A stretch of DNA of 64,000 bases. Source: Octopus sinensis (taxonomy: Eukaryota). The DNA is taken from positions 119,908,001 through 119,972,000 of the forward strand of contig NC_042998.1 of assembly GCF_006345805.1 (NCBI RefSeq), in the 5' to 3' direction. The position numbers were made by a program, and so were the translations under genes. Shown here piece after piece: positions 11,331 to 25,036 of the stretch. The stretch's first letter is position 1. The number at the start of each line of letters is the position of its first letter. A model generated the notes under the pieces. The model had not been told where the DNA came from. It did not search any database and worked only from the letters and a program-made list of their open reading frames with translations.

Positions 11331-12767
11331 GTAAGCAAGCTTTGATTTCTGATGAACCCAGAGTAACTGATAGAACTGTTATTGTTTTCTTTGTGGAGTG
11401 TGATAATGGATGATATAGACCTTTGTGGATACAGTTGACAGTACTGATGATGATAATGATGGCATTTATGGTGGTGGGAGTGGCAGCTAGATGGGGCACA
11501 ATTTTCAGTGCCTCAAATTTTCCCATGTTTTCTTTTGTCTTTCTGGCTTTCAGGGTCAGTAAAATAAGTACCTGAAAGGTACTGGAGTTTATTCCCTTTA
11601 TGAAATGCCCCACCATTACAGCAACATGGCTACCACTTTATAAATTGGCCATGTGACTAGCCAATAATTCATTTTAGTGAGAGTGAGAATGGTGATGCTT
11701 ATGGTAATGATGATGATGATTGTGATGAGAGGGAGGATGTTGATGGTAATAATGAGGTGGAGTTGTAGTATCTGTGTCCATAAGAACTATATACACTTGC
11801 AATGAATTTAGTTCATAGATCTTTTGATTTGAAACTCAATTCATTTCACATTCACATGACTTAATTGCCATTAACTTGGAATGGTATACACCACCACCAT
11901 GTCTTGCCATATTCCCAAAAAGCCCTAACTTTCTTACCTATATGAAGTTATCAGTAAGAAAGTATACCAATATCTTCTTCGTAGTACATTGAAAAGTGCA
12001 ACAATAAAGCAAAATAGCTCCTTTGTGATCACTTGGCCTACTAGAAATCGTACCCAGATCTTTAAAGAGTAACTTCCCATCTTGAAATAAAAAAGCTTCA
12101 TGGGAAAATGTAGTCTCTGATATACAAAATGATGTGATGATAATAACTGGAAATCATTGCTTGATCAAAGCTGACTAAGAGCTAAACAGCAACAACAACA
12201 ATTATGGTACAATGTATCTGAAATATATACACTCACATATAGACTGGCTGGAGGAGTTAGAAGGCTGACCTTCCTATACAGCTCTTTGCTATAAGTGTCA
12301 GTGAGGCAATTTTGAGCAAGTAGGTAAGGCTTATGATTTCAAGTATAGCTGTGTGTTTAAGAAGTTTGCTTCACAACTATGTGGTTTGGGGTTCAATCTC
12401 ACTGTGTAGCACATTGAATATTTGTTACATGAATATTGTAGAACCTGTCGATGTGACAGATTCTGTTTTTAAGTGATAGATTTTATGTATTGCCCATTTT
12501 AACATAACTACCTAGCCCTTGTTTGACTTTAGTAGAGACCGCTCTGTTCTGATCAAACCATAGGAAAATAAAAACAAAACAAAACAGAAGAATTATATAC
12601 CTTGCTCATAAGTGTAGCACAGTATATCAGTAAGATTTGAACATGTTCTATGTGGTATGTAGTACCACATATCCAAATGTTATGACATAAAGTCATAGTA
12701 TTTGGGCATTCTTTAAAATGAAATATGTTAAAATGGTAGCATTTTGTAACATTAATTTAATAGGGAT

Positions 12768-12824
<57 letters not shown>

Positions 12825-12914
12825 AATATAGACATATACACACAAGCTTATACTTGCACATAGACATATATATATATATATAGATGAGCATAAATGGAAT
12901 TTGTATCTTTGTGG

Positions 12915-13446
12915 TACCAGTGCCGGTGGCACACAAGAAAATCATCCGAACGTGGCCGTAGCCAGTACCGCATAGACTGGCCTCCGTGCTTTGGGGACGT
13001 AACAAACACCATCCGATCGTGGCCGTCCGCCAGCCTCATCTGGCACCTGTGTCGGTGGCACATAAAAACACCATCCGAGCGTGGCCGTCTGCCAGCCTCG
13101 TCTGGCACCTGCCAGCCTCATCTGGCACCTGTGTCGGTGGCACATAAAAACACCATCCGAGCGTGGCCGTCTGCCAGCCTCGTCTGGCACCTGTGTCGGT
13201 GGCACATAAAAACACCATCCGAGCGTGGCCGTTCGCCAGCCTCGTCTGGCACCTGTGTCGGTGGCACATAAAATCACCCACTACACTCTCGGAGTGGTTG
13301 GCGTTAGGAAGGGCATCCAGCTGTAGAAACACTGCCAGATCTGACTGGCCTGGTGCAGCCTTCGGGCTCCCCAGACCCCAGTTGAACCGTCCAACCCATG
13401 CTAGCATGGAAAACGGACGCTAAATGATGATGATGATGATGATGAT

Positions 13447-13450
<4 letters not shown>
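12915..13450 (+). mobile_element. Young RTE 3'-end/SINE-like copy with a 62-bp tandem repeat and (GAT)n tail
   Basis: 62-bp units start at 13139, 13201 and 13263, with further degenerate units upstream. The tail matches the RTE 3' end. Confidence 0.8.
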
Positions 13451-13503
<53 letters not shown>

Positions 13504-14028
13504 CATTTGTGCTGGTGACACATAAAAATGCTTGTGTGGTGCCTCATTAAAAGCACCCAGCACACATTGTAAAGTGGTTGGCATAGAAACCAAACCAGTC
13601 TGGAACCTAGTGCAGCTCTCTAACTTGCCAGCTCCAGTCAACTGTCCAACCCATGCCAGGAAAACATGTTAAAGGAGAATGATGACAATGTATATACATA
13701 CATACACATATTCACTTAAACAAATGCACACTTGAACATACATGAGCCATTAAGAAAGCACATGATTTGTCAACCTGCTGAAAATAGAAGTCAAATCTCA
13801 AATCACATCTTACCATTTTAGAAAAAAGAAAGTGTACATTGGATAATGTAGTCATGGATATGCTATATTTTAACTAGTTTTTGGAATGCTTTTGATCATA
13901 GGTCTGTCCAGTGAGGAATAACCTGGGAATAAACAATGACATATATGCATGCACACAGAAACATTTACATATGTACATGTTGACTTATGGTTACATATAT
14001 ATTAATAAATATACATCTGTTTTTGCAG

Positions 14029-14155
14029 GAAATATATACAGGTTGAAGTAAAAGGTAACCACGAAACTCCGTTTTCTTTAACCAAACCTCATTTGAAGAC
14101 TGTTGATAACAATGATGTGGATTTTACATATCTTGGACATTTTGATAAATGGCAG
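14029..14155 (+). CDS. TRAPPC10: TRAPPC10 exon E (not in the ORF track)
   Basis: tttttgcag|G...CAG|gttagt, phase 2 in and phase 0 out. Encodes (R)KYIQVEVKGNHETPFSLTKPHL..., compare RKYVQVCVQN. Confidence 0.88.
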
Positions 14156-14989
14156 GTTAGTCTTGTTTCTTCCATACATCATAGTTAGTAATATGCCTAC
14201 TTTATATTGTAGTTGTCTTGTGTCTACTTTACATCACAATTTGAAATTAATGTGTCTTTCATTCTGGTAAGGTACACTTATTACTGTACATCCTTGTCTT
14301 ATATATACCTTCCATCATTATTATGTGCCCAACTCACATTTATGTACCTACATTACACCATAGTTATATGTCTACCTTTCAGCATACAATGTTTATAGGC
14401 CTTATCCAAGGTTTTAACAAGAATAGATTTTGAAATCAGATTTAAACTCATGTGGTCTGTAGTAGTCTAGTATGTTAACCTTAAAGACATTGTATCCACT
14501 TTTACTGGTATTTTGTTTAGTATTTTCTGATTGTTTCAAATATCAATAAAGTGTTTTAATCTTCAGACATTTAAATTATGTTGATTGCATACATTATGAT
14601 ACAGTGATATTTGAAAATATATACTAATTAACCATATCTGATGTATACTAACTAAATAAAATATATATGTTATATTGTAAGTGCTTAAAATATATGTAGT
14701 ATACCATGTACAACATTGATGATGGTATTATGATGTTCAGTAAATGAATATGCAAAATTGTGATAAAAACAAAAGAAAAGTAAAGGAAGTTAATGCATTA
14801 TATTGCTGAGAAAATTGTGAGGAATGAATGTCTTGAGTAAAAAACCTTTTGTTAAGATAAAGAAGGAATAATAGGATTAGAGAAAACTAAGTATATATTT
14901 TCTAATCAAAATTAAATTGTCTCTAATAAAATCCATCATAAATTCTATATGACACTAACAAAATATGAACCTTTCTACTTGAAATCTAG

Positions 14990-15157
14990 GAAGTTCATAA
15001 TGACCAGTCAATATGTTATATGTGGCAACTTCGAAGTAATGCTGTCCCAGGACCATCCTCTCTTGACCTTATTTTCTCTGTTACCTACCGATCATCTATG
15101 GATGAAGACAGCTTATGTAGATTATCTGTATACAACATCCATTTAGACAATATACAG
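14990..15157 (+). CDS. TRAPPC10: TRAPPC10 exon F
   Basis: aaatctag|GAA...CAG|gtaagt, 168 nt, phase 0 at both ends. Encodes EVHNDQSICYMWQLRSNAVPGPSSLDLIFSVTY..., compare QSVFFVWELK. Confidence 0.85.
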
Positions 15158-16012
15158 GTAAGTTTTACAAGCATTTTTTATCGTTGTAGGATAGTTTCCT
15201 CAGTATTTTCAGGCTATTCTCACTAGCAAAGTTAGTGTAGTTGCTGTTTAACTTGATTTTTATGTAATCTGATGTTTTAAGGGAAAATGTTGGCTTGGAG
15301 AATGCCCCAGAGGATTTCCAATCTGAGTTGGAAGGATTGTGCAAAATCTTTAGTGGAAAATTTGGGGGACTAGGGATGAAGATAGGTAGTGAGGCTGGTG
15401 CATCTGGTAGGTTTGGGTAATGATGGTGGTGGTGATAGACAGCTTGCTAGTTCAGAGGATTAGAATCTGTTTTAATAGTGGTAGAAAAGAGGGGCAGATG
15501 GGGGCGGGGAACATACTATGGGGCAGAAGTTGTTGTATGGTGAGGATTGCAACTCAGTCAGATGGTCTTCAAGAGGTTGTGGTCTAAGATACTTTAGCAG
15601 GTGTAGTAGCAACACCAGCCTACATACATGAGTAGCATTCAAATCTGGATCAGTTTATGTTATAAAAGAATCTGTTATCATTATTGTCATAACATCTATT
15701 TTCTAAATTGGCATAGATTAAATAGGTCTATAATATATCACTTCTCCACTTGTTCTTGTTTCATCACATTTATGGGACTCAGCATTATTATATCACCAAT
15801 GCTTTTGATGCTGTATCATCCCATTCGTGAGGCTTAATCTCACTCTTCTTGATCATTTCTCATCTCATGTGAGATTTAACATTCTCATGTGTGACCTCAA
15901 ATTAAGGAAGTGAGATTCTGAGATATATTAATTTTCTGCAATCCAATGAGAAATAAACTTTTGTCTAAAGAATCATTTAAGTAATTACATCTACCTTTCT
16001 TTTTACTTTCAG

Positions 16013-16202
16013 ACACTGTATATGATAACATCTAATATAATCCCTGGGAATGATAATAAAACTTGTAAAGTTGGAAATGTTTGTCATTTAGACTTTAGTG
16101 TGATCAACACTGACACTAGTAATACATCATCATCAGAAAGTCAATTACTCTATGAAGTTGTTGTTGACCACTTAATGTGGGCAGTGTGTGGAAGAGTTAC
16201 AG
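16013..16202 (+). CDS. TRAPPC10: TRAPPC10 exon G
   Basis: tactttcag|ACA...G|gtaacc. Encodes TLYMITSNIIP...CKVGNVCHLDF...LLYEVVVDHLMWAVCGRVTG, matching the C-terminal LMYEV...WAVCGK..G motif of TRAPPC10. Confidence 0.92.
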
Positions 16203-16646
16203 GTAACCATTTCATTTCTTTACTTTGTCAACTAGCTGATTCACTCCAAATCAAACTTCCTATCACAACATTTTTTTCTATTGTTTCTCATCTATTTTAA
16301 CATTATAGTATGGTTGAGATGGTTTGTATTGGAGATGAAATTGTTTTTACAGCTGGAAATAGTGAATGAAGTAGGTTGTATGTTACTAGAGTAAGCAGTG
16401 TTAGATGATGGTGGATCCTCCTTTGAGCTTGATAAACATTCAATTGTTCAACCAAGTGGGTTCCTACTCATAAAATTATTGTGTAAATAGAAGTGGTTGA
16501 GTATTCCACAAAGAGATATATATTTAATGCAATTCTTAAGCTATATCATTGTGACATAATGTGACAAGGTTGAACCTTTGAATTATTAATAAAGAGAGAG
16601 AAAAAGACAAAGTTAAGAATAATCAATGGATTAGCATCAAAAAGGG

Positions 16647-19600
16647 CATCATCATCATCATCGTTTAACGTCCGCTTTCCATGCTGGCATGGGTTGGACG
16701 ATTTGACTGAGGACTGGTGAACCAGATGGCTGTACCAGGCTCCGATCTAGCAGAGTTTCTACAGCTGGATGCCCTTCCTAACGCCAACCACTCCAAGAGT
16801 GTAGTGGGTGCTTTTATGTGCCACTGGCATGAGGGCCAGTCAGGCGGTACTGGCAACAGCCACACTCAAATGGTGTTTTTTACATGCCACCAGCACAGGA
16901 GCCAGTCCAGTGGCACTAGCAACAACCTCGCTCTAACATTTTTTCATGTGCCAGTGAAGCGACGCTGGTAACAATCACGCTTCAATGGTGCTTTTTATGT
17001 GCCACTAGCATGAAAGCCAGTTAGCTGCTCTGGCAACAATCATGCTCGGATGGTGCTCTTAGTGTTCCACTAGCACGGATGCCAGTCATCGAATTTGATT
17101 TCGATATCACTTGCCTCAACAGGTCTTCGCAAGTAGAGTTTAGTGTCCAATGAAGGAAAGGGATGCATAAGTGGGCTGGTTACATTCCTGGCATAGGCCA
17201 CAAGGTTATGGTCTCACTTGGCTTGCCAGGTCTTCTCAAGCACAGCATATTTCCAAAGGTCTCGGTCACTAGTCATTGCCTTGGTGAGGCCTAATGTTCG
17301 AAGGTCGTGCTTCACTACTTCATCCCAAGTCTTCCTGGGTCTACCTCTTCTACAGGTTCCCTCAACCGCTAGGGTATGTCACTTTTTCACACAGCTATCC
17401 TAATCCATTCTTGCCACATGACCATACCAGCACAGTCGTCTCTCTTGCACACCACATATGATGCTTCTTGGGTCCAACTTTTCTCTCATACGGTCAAGTA
17501 TGCACACTGACATTACACATCCAGTGGAGCATACTGACTTCATTCCTTGCAAGCTTACGCATGTCCTCAGCAGTCATAACCCATGTTTCAGTGCTATGTA
17601 GCATGGCTGTTCGTACACATGCATCATACGGTTTACCTTTTACTCTGAGCGAGAGGCCCTTTGTCAACAGCAGAGGTAAGAGCTCTCTGAACTTTGCCCA
17701 GGCTATTCTTATTCTAGCAGCTACACTTTCAGAATACCCCCCCCCCCCACTACTGACTTGGTCACCTAGGTAACGGAAGCTCTCAACTACTTCTAGTTTT
17801 TCTCCCTGGAATGTGGCAGAAGTTGTTCTCTGCACAGTTTCGGTGTTTATTGCTCCTGAGCATCTGCCACATACAAAAACTATCTTTCCAGTTAGCCTTC
17901 CTTTGATATGTGTCCATAGCTTACACTGGGTACATCTTATAGAGTTTCTACCTATGCCTTTTCTGCAGATTGAGTAGGGTCATCTACCTGAAGGCATTTG
18001 TGGTTTGTCTGCCTTCCTACTTATTAGAACTTTGGTTTTACCTAGGTTGACTCTAAGGCCCTTCGATTCTAATCCTTGCTTCCACATCTGAAACTTCTCC
18101 TCTAGTTCTGATAGTGACTCAGCAATTAGAGTAAGGTCATCAGTATAGAGGAGCTCCCAGGGGTATCCTGTCTCGAATTCCTCTGTTATTGCCTGGAGGA
18201 CTATGATAAATAGGAGGGGGCTGAGGACTGAACCTTGGTGGACCCCTACCTCTACCCGGAATTCTTCACTGTACTTGTTGCCAACCCTCTCTTTACTGAC
18301 AGTGTCCCTGTGCATAGCTTGCACAGCTCTCATTAACCATTCATCTATCCCTAGTTTCCTCATTGACCACCAGATAAGGGATCAGGGGGCCCTGTCAAAG
18401 GCTTTTTCCATGTCAACAAAAGCCAGGTACAGAGGTTTATCTTTGGCTAGGTATTTCTCCTGCAGCTGTCTTACCAGAAATATAGCATCAGTGATGCTTT
18501 TCCCTTGCACGAACCCAAACTGCATCTCATCTAAACTGACTCTCTCCCTAATTAGTTGGGCTATGACCCTCTCCATGACCTTCATTACCTGATCCAACAA
18601 CTTGATATCTCTATAATTATTTGTATCTAAAGTGTCACCTTTACCTTTGTAGCAGTTGACTACGGATTCCTTCGTGTATCACCTGGTTAACTATATGGGT
18701 GACTAGGCTATAGCCAACACTGCCAGCTATTTTGAGCATCTCTGCAGTAATTCCTGATGTGCCGGGGGCTTTCTCTGTCTTCATACTGTTAATTGCTTTA
18801 TGTACCAAGGTGCTGTCAACTTGGATAGCTGGTCCCTCTGTTGGGTCAACATTTGGCAGACTCACTTTCTCCCAGTCATTCTCTTTATTGAGCAACCTTT
18901 CATAGTGGTATCTCCAAGCCTCTCTCTTTGCAGCCTCATTTAGTCAAGTGAACCATCATCCATGCAGACACATTTCTCTCCTATGACATCATGATTCTCT
19001 CTCACACACTGTCTTGCAATACGAAATACCTCAAGTCTTTGGTCCTCACAGCGCAGAACATTGGCAAATATTTTCTTATCTGCTTCCCCTCTGGCTAAAT
19101 AAACCTCTCTCCTAGCTTGCCTTCTAGCAGTCTGATACAATTCCCTGCTACCACCGTTCTTCCAGTCCTTCCAAACCTGTTTCTTTTCTCTAACAGCCTT
19201 GTCAACAACATTGTTCCACCACTACGTTATTTTGGGTCGAGAGGGGACTTTGCACCATCCACAGATCTGGTCAGTACCCCTCAGCAAGTTGTCCCGTAGA
19301 AACCTCCAGTTGTCTTCCACATTGTGTGAAGCTACATCTTCTATTTCGTCAAAGGCTTCCAGTAATACATCTCTGTCCATTTGCAGGATCTTTAAGCTTC
19401 TGGACCCTTCTCCATGCTGGTCGTCTTCTGGGCATTCTTTTAGCCCTGATCCTGAAATAGCTAACTACCAGTCTATGTTGTGGGGTAAATTCTTTGCCTG
19501 GGAAGGTTTTGGCATTTATAAGCAGCCATCTTTCCCTTTTTCTAGCGAGGATGTAGTCAATTTGGCTTGTGTGTCTGCCAGAACGGTAGGTGACTAGGTG

Positions 19601-20330
19601 ACTGGCAGGTTTCCTGATGTTAGTATTGCAAACCATAAGATCATTTGCATCACAGAACTCCAGCAGCTTGGTTCCCTCCTCATTGCAGGAACTAAAACCA
19701 TAGCCTCCTTGTAAACCATGGAAGCCCTCTGTATGTTGTCCAACATGTCCATTGAAGTTAACAGCCACAAAGAGAAGGTCCTTGTGTGTTGTCCAATATG
19801 TCCATTGAAGTTACCAGCCACAAAGAGAAGGTCCTTGTCATTCATCAATGAAGTAGTCTGCAAGAGGGTGTCATAAAATCAGTCTTTCTGTCCATCAGGT
19901 AGCCCCAGCTGAGGGGCATAGGCCGAGATAATGGTTGGTAACCCATGATGAAGCACTACTCTAATCTTACGTACTCTGTCGCATACTCTGACTATCTCGA
20001 TTACCTTATCAACCCATTTCTCTGCAAGAAGTATACTCATGCCCTCGACCCCATCAGTGTTCCCTGCCCAGAAAATCTTGTACCTGTATTCTTTGCCTGT
20101 GAAGAATCTAGCGGAACCTCCTTTCCACCTTACTTCTTGGAGGCAGCACAAATCGACACATCTCCATTCAAGCATCTCAACAATCTCACCAGACCTACCT
20201 TTTAGTGTGCCGATGTTCAAAGTGCCAACCCTGAGGGTGTGGGCCTGTAAAAACCTGGGATGGGGGACAGCAGCATCATGTACCTGAAAAGAAAGCTTGC
20301 ATTTGGCAGAATTCATAAACAAACAGTAGC
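16647..20330 (-). mobile_element. Near full-length degenerate RTE-clade LINE (APE endonuclease + RT) with (GAT)n tail
   Basis: Endonuclease motifs 'GTLNIGTLKGR...CLQEVRW' and 'GNFNGHIG', RT motifs 'VDMEKAFD', 'GVHQGSVLSPLLF' and 'YTDD'. It has many frameshifts and an internal 53-bp tandem duplication (19734-19839). The 5' boundary is uncertain. Confidence 0.92.
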
Positions 20331-22710
20331 CTTCAATTCAACCTGCATACACTATACCATCATATTTATGCACTATATGATCACTACCTTACATAGGAGA
20401 TAAACCCTAAATAGAGGTGGGGATGGTATAAAGCCTTTAGAAGTGTTCATGGGAGACAACCAAAGGATGACTTCTGGAGGGGGTGGGACGGTGGGCATAC
20501 TGCGAACTAGGAAATTTAGACGAGAGCATCTTCTGGATGCATGTTCTTTCAGCAGAGGTATTAAAAAATTGAGTAGGGGAATCCAAGTGCGTGCGCTAGT
20601 TTATATAGGGTGGGTGTGGTGGTGGAGGAAGTCTTGGCGAAGCAAGAGGTAATCGAAAGAGAGAGAGAGAGAGAGAGATACAAACAGACAGACAGAGTGA
20701 GGCCAAGAGAAAGAGAGACAGAGTGAGGCAGAGAGAGAGAGTGGGGGTGCCAGAGTGTGGGTGGTCAGAACACAAGGGAGTAAAATATTCTTTGGGGATT
20801 GGGATTTGGGTAGCATAATTTAACGAAACAGCAAATGTCGATAATAGTAAAATAGAATTGAAAAATCTTAGAGTTTTCAGTCAGCCAATCTATGATAAAA
20901 TTAGAGAAATAAGTGACTGTGTGATAAACTTGAATAAATGAATATGTGGCGGTAAAGGATATGCGTGAACTAAGGTTATCTTAAGGCAACAACAAGGAAG
21001 ACGAAACTATTGAAACTAATGATTGAAACTATAGAAACTATCATGCAGCTGTAAAACTATACTTCAAATAATATGTGTCAAACCTATGCAAGCAATGAAA
21101 AACAGATATGAAACTAAGAAATGAATACTGTCATCATGATGATAGTGATTTAATGTCTTGTTTTTCCATGTTGGTGTGAGTTGAATGGAGATTATTGAGA
21201 CAAATTTTCTTCAGCTGAATACCTTTCCTGTTGCCAAGCAAGGTAATAATATTTCCCTGTGGCCAAACATGTTCTCACAGAATATTGGAAATGAATGATA
21301 CTGCCTGTATGATAGTAAGAATCATTTACAAATATCATACAATGTCAAAACTAGGAGAGACAAAGAAAAAAAAACGCATGCACACACACACACTGTTGAT
21401 CACCTAAGAATTTATAAGCTTTTGAGAGAATGTAGAATAATTCATATTTGGAATTGGATCTCAAAGTACATATAAAGTTACAAATAATAGCACATAAATA
21501 TAGGGTTGAAAAATCCTTTGAGATAACCCATGCTAGCATGGAAAACAGATGTTAAATGATGATATAATGGACTTTTTTCAGTTTCCATCTGCCAAATCAA
21601 CTCACATGGCTTTAGTCAACCCAGGGTTATAATAGAAGACACTTGCCCAAGGTGCCACATAGTGAGACTGAACCTGGAACCATGGGGTTGAGGAGAAAAC
21701 TTCTTATCACACGCACCAGCACCAACATTTATATACATTCATACACACACACACATGCACACATACATACAGGCAAATTTTTGGAAAAAAATCACCCAAC
21801 AGAATTTTATATTTATTACTTAATTATGATACTAAAACAAATAGATTTATAAATCTTAGGTCAAAATTTCATTAAAAATTTTCAACATATACTCTATCTG
21901 TATCCTTGCAAATTTCAAATCTTAGCATTAAGAAGGGCATCCAGCCATAGAAACCATGCCAAATCAGATTGGAACCTGGTGCAGCTCACCAGCTTACCAG
22001 TTTTCAGTCAAAATGTCCAACCCATGCCAGCATGGAAAATGGATGTTAAATGATGATGATGATCTATAGCATTGCAAAACATATTTTGAAGCATTTCAGT
22101 AGTTATCTCTTGCACTGCTAACTGAAGGCATTCATTAAGTTCAGCTAAACTATTGCTCCATTGTGGGGATAGAGGTAGAGAAAATTAATGCTACCAGATT
22201 GAAAAAAAAGGTGTTGTAAGCAGGATCCAACAGGAATGAAAATAAAATTATTAAAAAAACTATAAAAATTGATACACTTTTAATACATATGATTTAGTCT
22301 TATATCCACAGCATTCTGAATTACCATGTTACCAATTATGCAACCAAATGTTTGTCTGTCTTTTTTCAAATTAGACTATAAATGTTGTAAACTAACCTTG
22401 GTGAAAAAATGTGCAGATGGGGAAAATATTACCTTGCTTGGTAAAAAGTGAGTCTTGTCAACAGAAAGGGTAGCTGGCTGTAGAAAATCTGCCTCAATGA
22501 ATTCCATCTGACATATGCAAGCATGGAATATTAGATGCTAAATGCTGCTGCTGATCATGATGACTACATTGTCCAATATATCATTTTAGGCTGATAGTAT
22601 GATTTGAGGGAGATTTAGCCAGTCAAAAGACTACCTTGAGGTTCTCTTTTTTAACTGAATGTATTAACTTTTTATGACTACCAGGTAATAAAAATTGTAT
22701 TTATTTCCAG

Positions 22711-22833
22711 GGATTGTGAGCTTAACTAATTCAAAATTTGATACACAACTACAAATTATCCCACTAATGGCAGGATTTCTCCCTTTCCCTCTCATTACTC
22801 TGGCTAAATACAAACCCAAAACAGATTCTTCAG
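22711..22833 (+). CDS. TRAPPC10: TRAPPC10 exon H (not in the ORF track)
   Basis: tatttccag|GG...G|gtaact, phase 1 at both ends. Encodes GIVSL...LQIIPLMAGFLPFPLITLAKYKP, compare EVMPLFAGYLPLPDVRLFKY. Confidence 0.92.
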
Positions 22834-23996
22834 GTAACTGATTTTTGTTTATTTATTCATTTTACTACTTAAATACTTCATATTCTATGCGTCCTTGTAG
22901 AATGTTTTGCTTTCTTGTGTTACAGTGCTTCATGTTTGTATATAATGATGCTATTATATATAGTAGTTCACTGTATGATAACAGATTGTTTCACAATTAT
23001 GCTTCTGGGATCTCAGAACTGTTTTTGGTATGACACTAAATAATTGGGTGTTTCGAGAGATGGCAGTTTACTGCTGTTGTGATATAAACTATTGATCTTT
23101 CAGCCAAGCAGTATAATAGTTCATTAGCAAAACCTGTGGAAATTTGAGGTTTTATAGAAATGTTCTTATTTCTATTTTAATGCATGTATATTTTAGCTCT
23201 TCATAACACTGTTTCATTATATTAAAGATTTTTATTATACCTTCAGTTTCATTCCATAGTTCAGGTTGTTTAACCATTTTTCTTTTAAAATACATTTCTT
23301 TTGTTTCAATTAATTTTGAAAACAATCAAAGATATATTTATAAGTTATGAGTGAAATAACTGTTATTATTAAATTGGACATAAATTAACTTGAAATTTTG
23401 ATGAATGATTTTAAATTAGATCACTTAAAACACTGAATTTGTATCATAGAACTAGAAGCAATCTCAGGAAGGTTGATATATAAAGGGTTAAAGTGTAACA
23501 TTTGGACACATGAATACCACTGTGGCAAGCGGAATATTGTAGATTATCAGCTCAGTCAACCATAACTTGTCATAACAGCTACTGAAATTAAGTATGTACT
23601 ACGTCTCTTTAATTAGAAGGGAGGTGGGAATGTGACCATGGTTTTTCTGGACCCTTCCAGATTGGTCAATGTAGATGATACTTAGCTTGCAAATACGGAA
23701 GCAAAAATTATTTATGCAATGCTCCTGATGAATACAATTTATAAGATTTTATAAAAATTACATAAAACATTAATGATAGAAGATAATAAGCAATGGTCTG
23801 AGACAACAAAGATAAGCAGGTCCACTGACAGAACACAATATCGTTCCAAAATATCTTTCTAACATTTGTTTGAATTACTGTCTTGTTCAAATATTTCAGT
23901 CATTTATATTACTTTTATTTGTTAAATTATATTTCTCATCTGTAAATGTCATCTGATATATGATTTCCATACATTTGTTTTTATTTTTACATACAG

Positions 23997-24139
23997 AAGA
24001 CAATGAAAAGGATCCATCTTGCAACTTTTACAAAGAACATTTTAAAAGTGAGCAGGTGTATAACAGCAGCCTAGGCAAACAAATACACATATATTCTGAG
24101 CAAAGCAGTGGTAACTTAGAAACAATGATGGTTTACTGA
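23997..24139 (+). CDS. TRAPPC10: TRAPPC10 last coding exon (to TGA)
   Basis: ttttacatacag|AA, phase 1 in. Encodes ...EQVYNSSLGKQIHIYSEQSSGNLETMMVY*, compare GQVFNSSSGTQVLVIP at the vertebrate C-terminus. Confidence 0.9.
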
Positions 24140-25036
24140 AAACATTGGTTCATAAGCAAAGAGAGAAGTTCTAACCAATTAAAACTATTTTGTTCGATGT
24201 ATATCCTCCCACTCCTTTCCTAACATGGATTGCTAACGTTACATATGTATTCTCCACTGCCTTCCTTGCTAACACAGACTGGCTGGATCTACAACATGCA
24301 TATGCAGAAATCCTCACAGTAACAATTGAATTTCCTTCCTTATAATTTGTCCACTGGCCAGTGGTTACTAAATTCACTGAGTGGTCTTACTCAAAAGCAC
24401 AATATATGTCAGAATACTACATTTTCTAAAGTACAAATTTAAACACTCTCAAAAAAAAATTAAAATAGACTCAAGGTAAATTAGATAATCTCAAAGCAAT
24501 TTAAAATGTTCTGAAAACAACTTAAAATAATTTCACTACAGATAAAATAGATATTTAGATAAAACATAATAAATGTCTATGTTTTGAAGCATTTGACTGA
24601 TTCATTTCAAATCTTGATTAATTTCATTGTTTACTTAGGCCTATAGTGCTGTTTATACTTATGGTGACAAAAGTCAGCCTCAAAGCAATGATAGCTTGTT
24701 TCAAATTACATGTTTTGGGTTTCACTCTTAGTGAAATGCCAGTACAAGTACCAATAGTTTAAAGCAGAGAAGCAAATGGGAATCACACAAAAAGACTATA
24801 CTTAAAACTCATATGTGTACTGTTTCCCACTGAATGAAAAGATCGGGAATCCTTTGTTGCCACATAGTATTAAGAAGACAATAGAGCATATAATTGGGTA
24901 TATAAAGATGGTGCAGATATCCATGACAAAGTCAAGAAAATAAAGCATGAACATTTCAAGTCACTTGTTGATTGGTCAAATGAATGCCCACAATTAACAT
25001 TGAAAAATCTTTGCAAATATTTACTTTCAATGTTTG

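Noticed and set aside
11245-11616. 123-aa ORF on the - strand
   Set aside because: It is antisense to TRAPPC10 exon D and intronic sequence, with no recognisable homology.
12915-13270. CRISPR-like regular repeats, with overlapping 86-125-aa ORFs
   Set aside because: The whole 62-bp unit repeats with no unique spacers, the context is eukaryotic with no cas genes, and the block is part of a retroelement 3' UTR.
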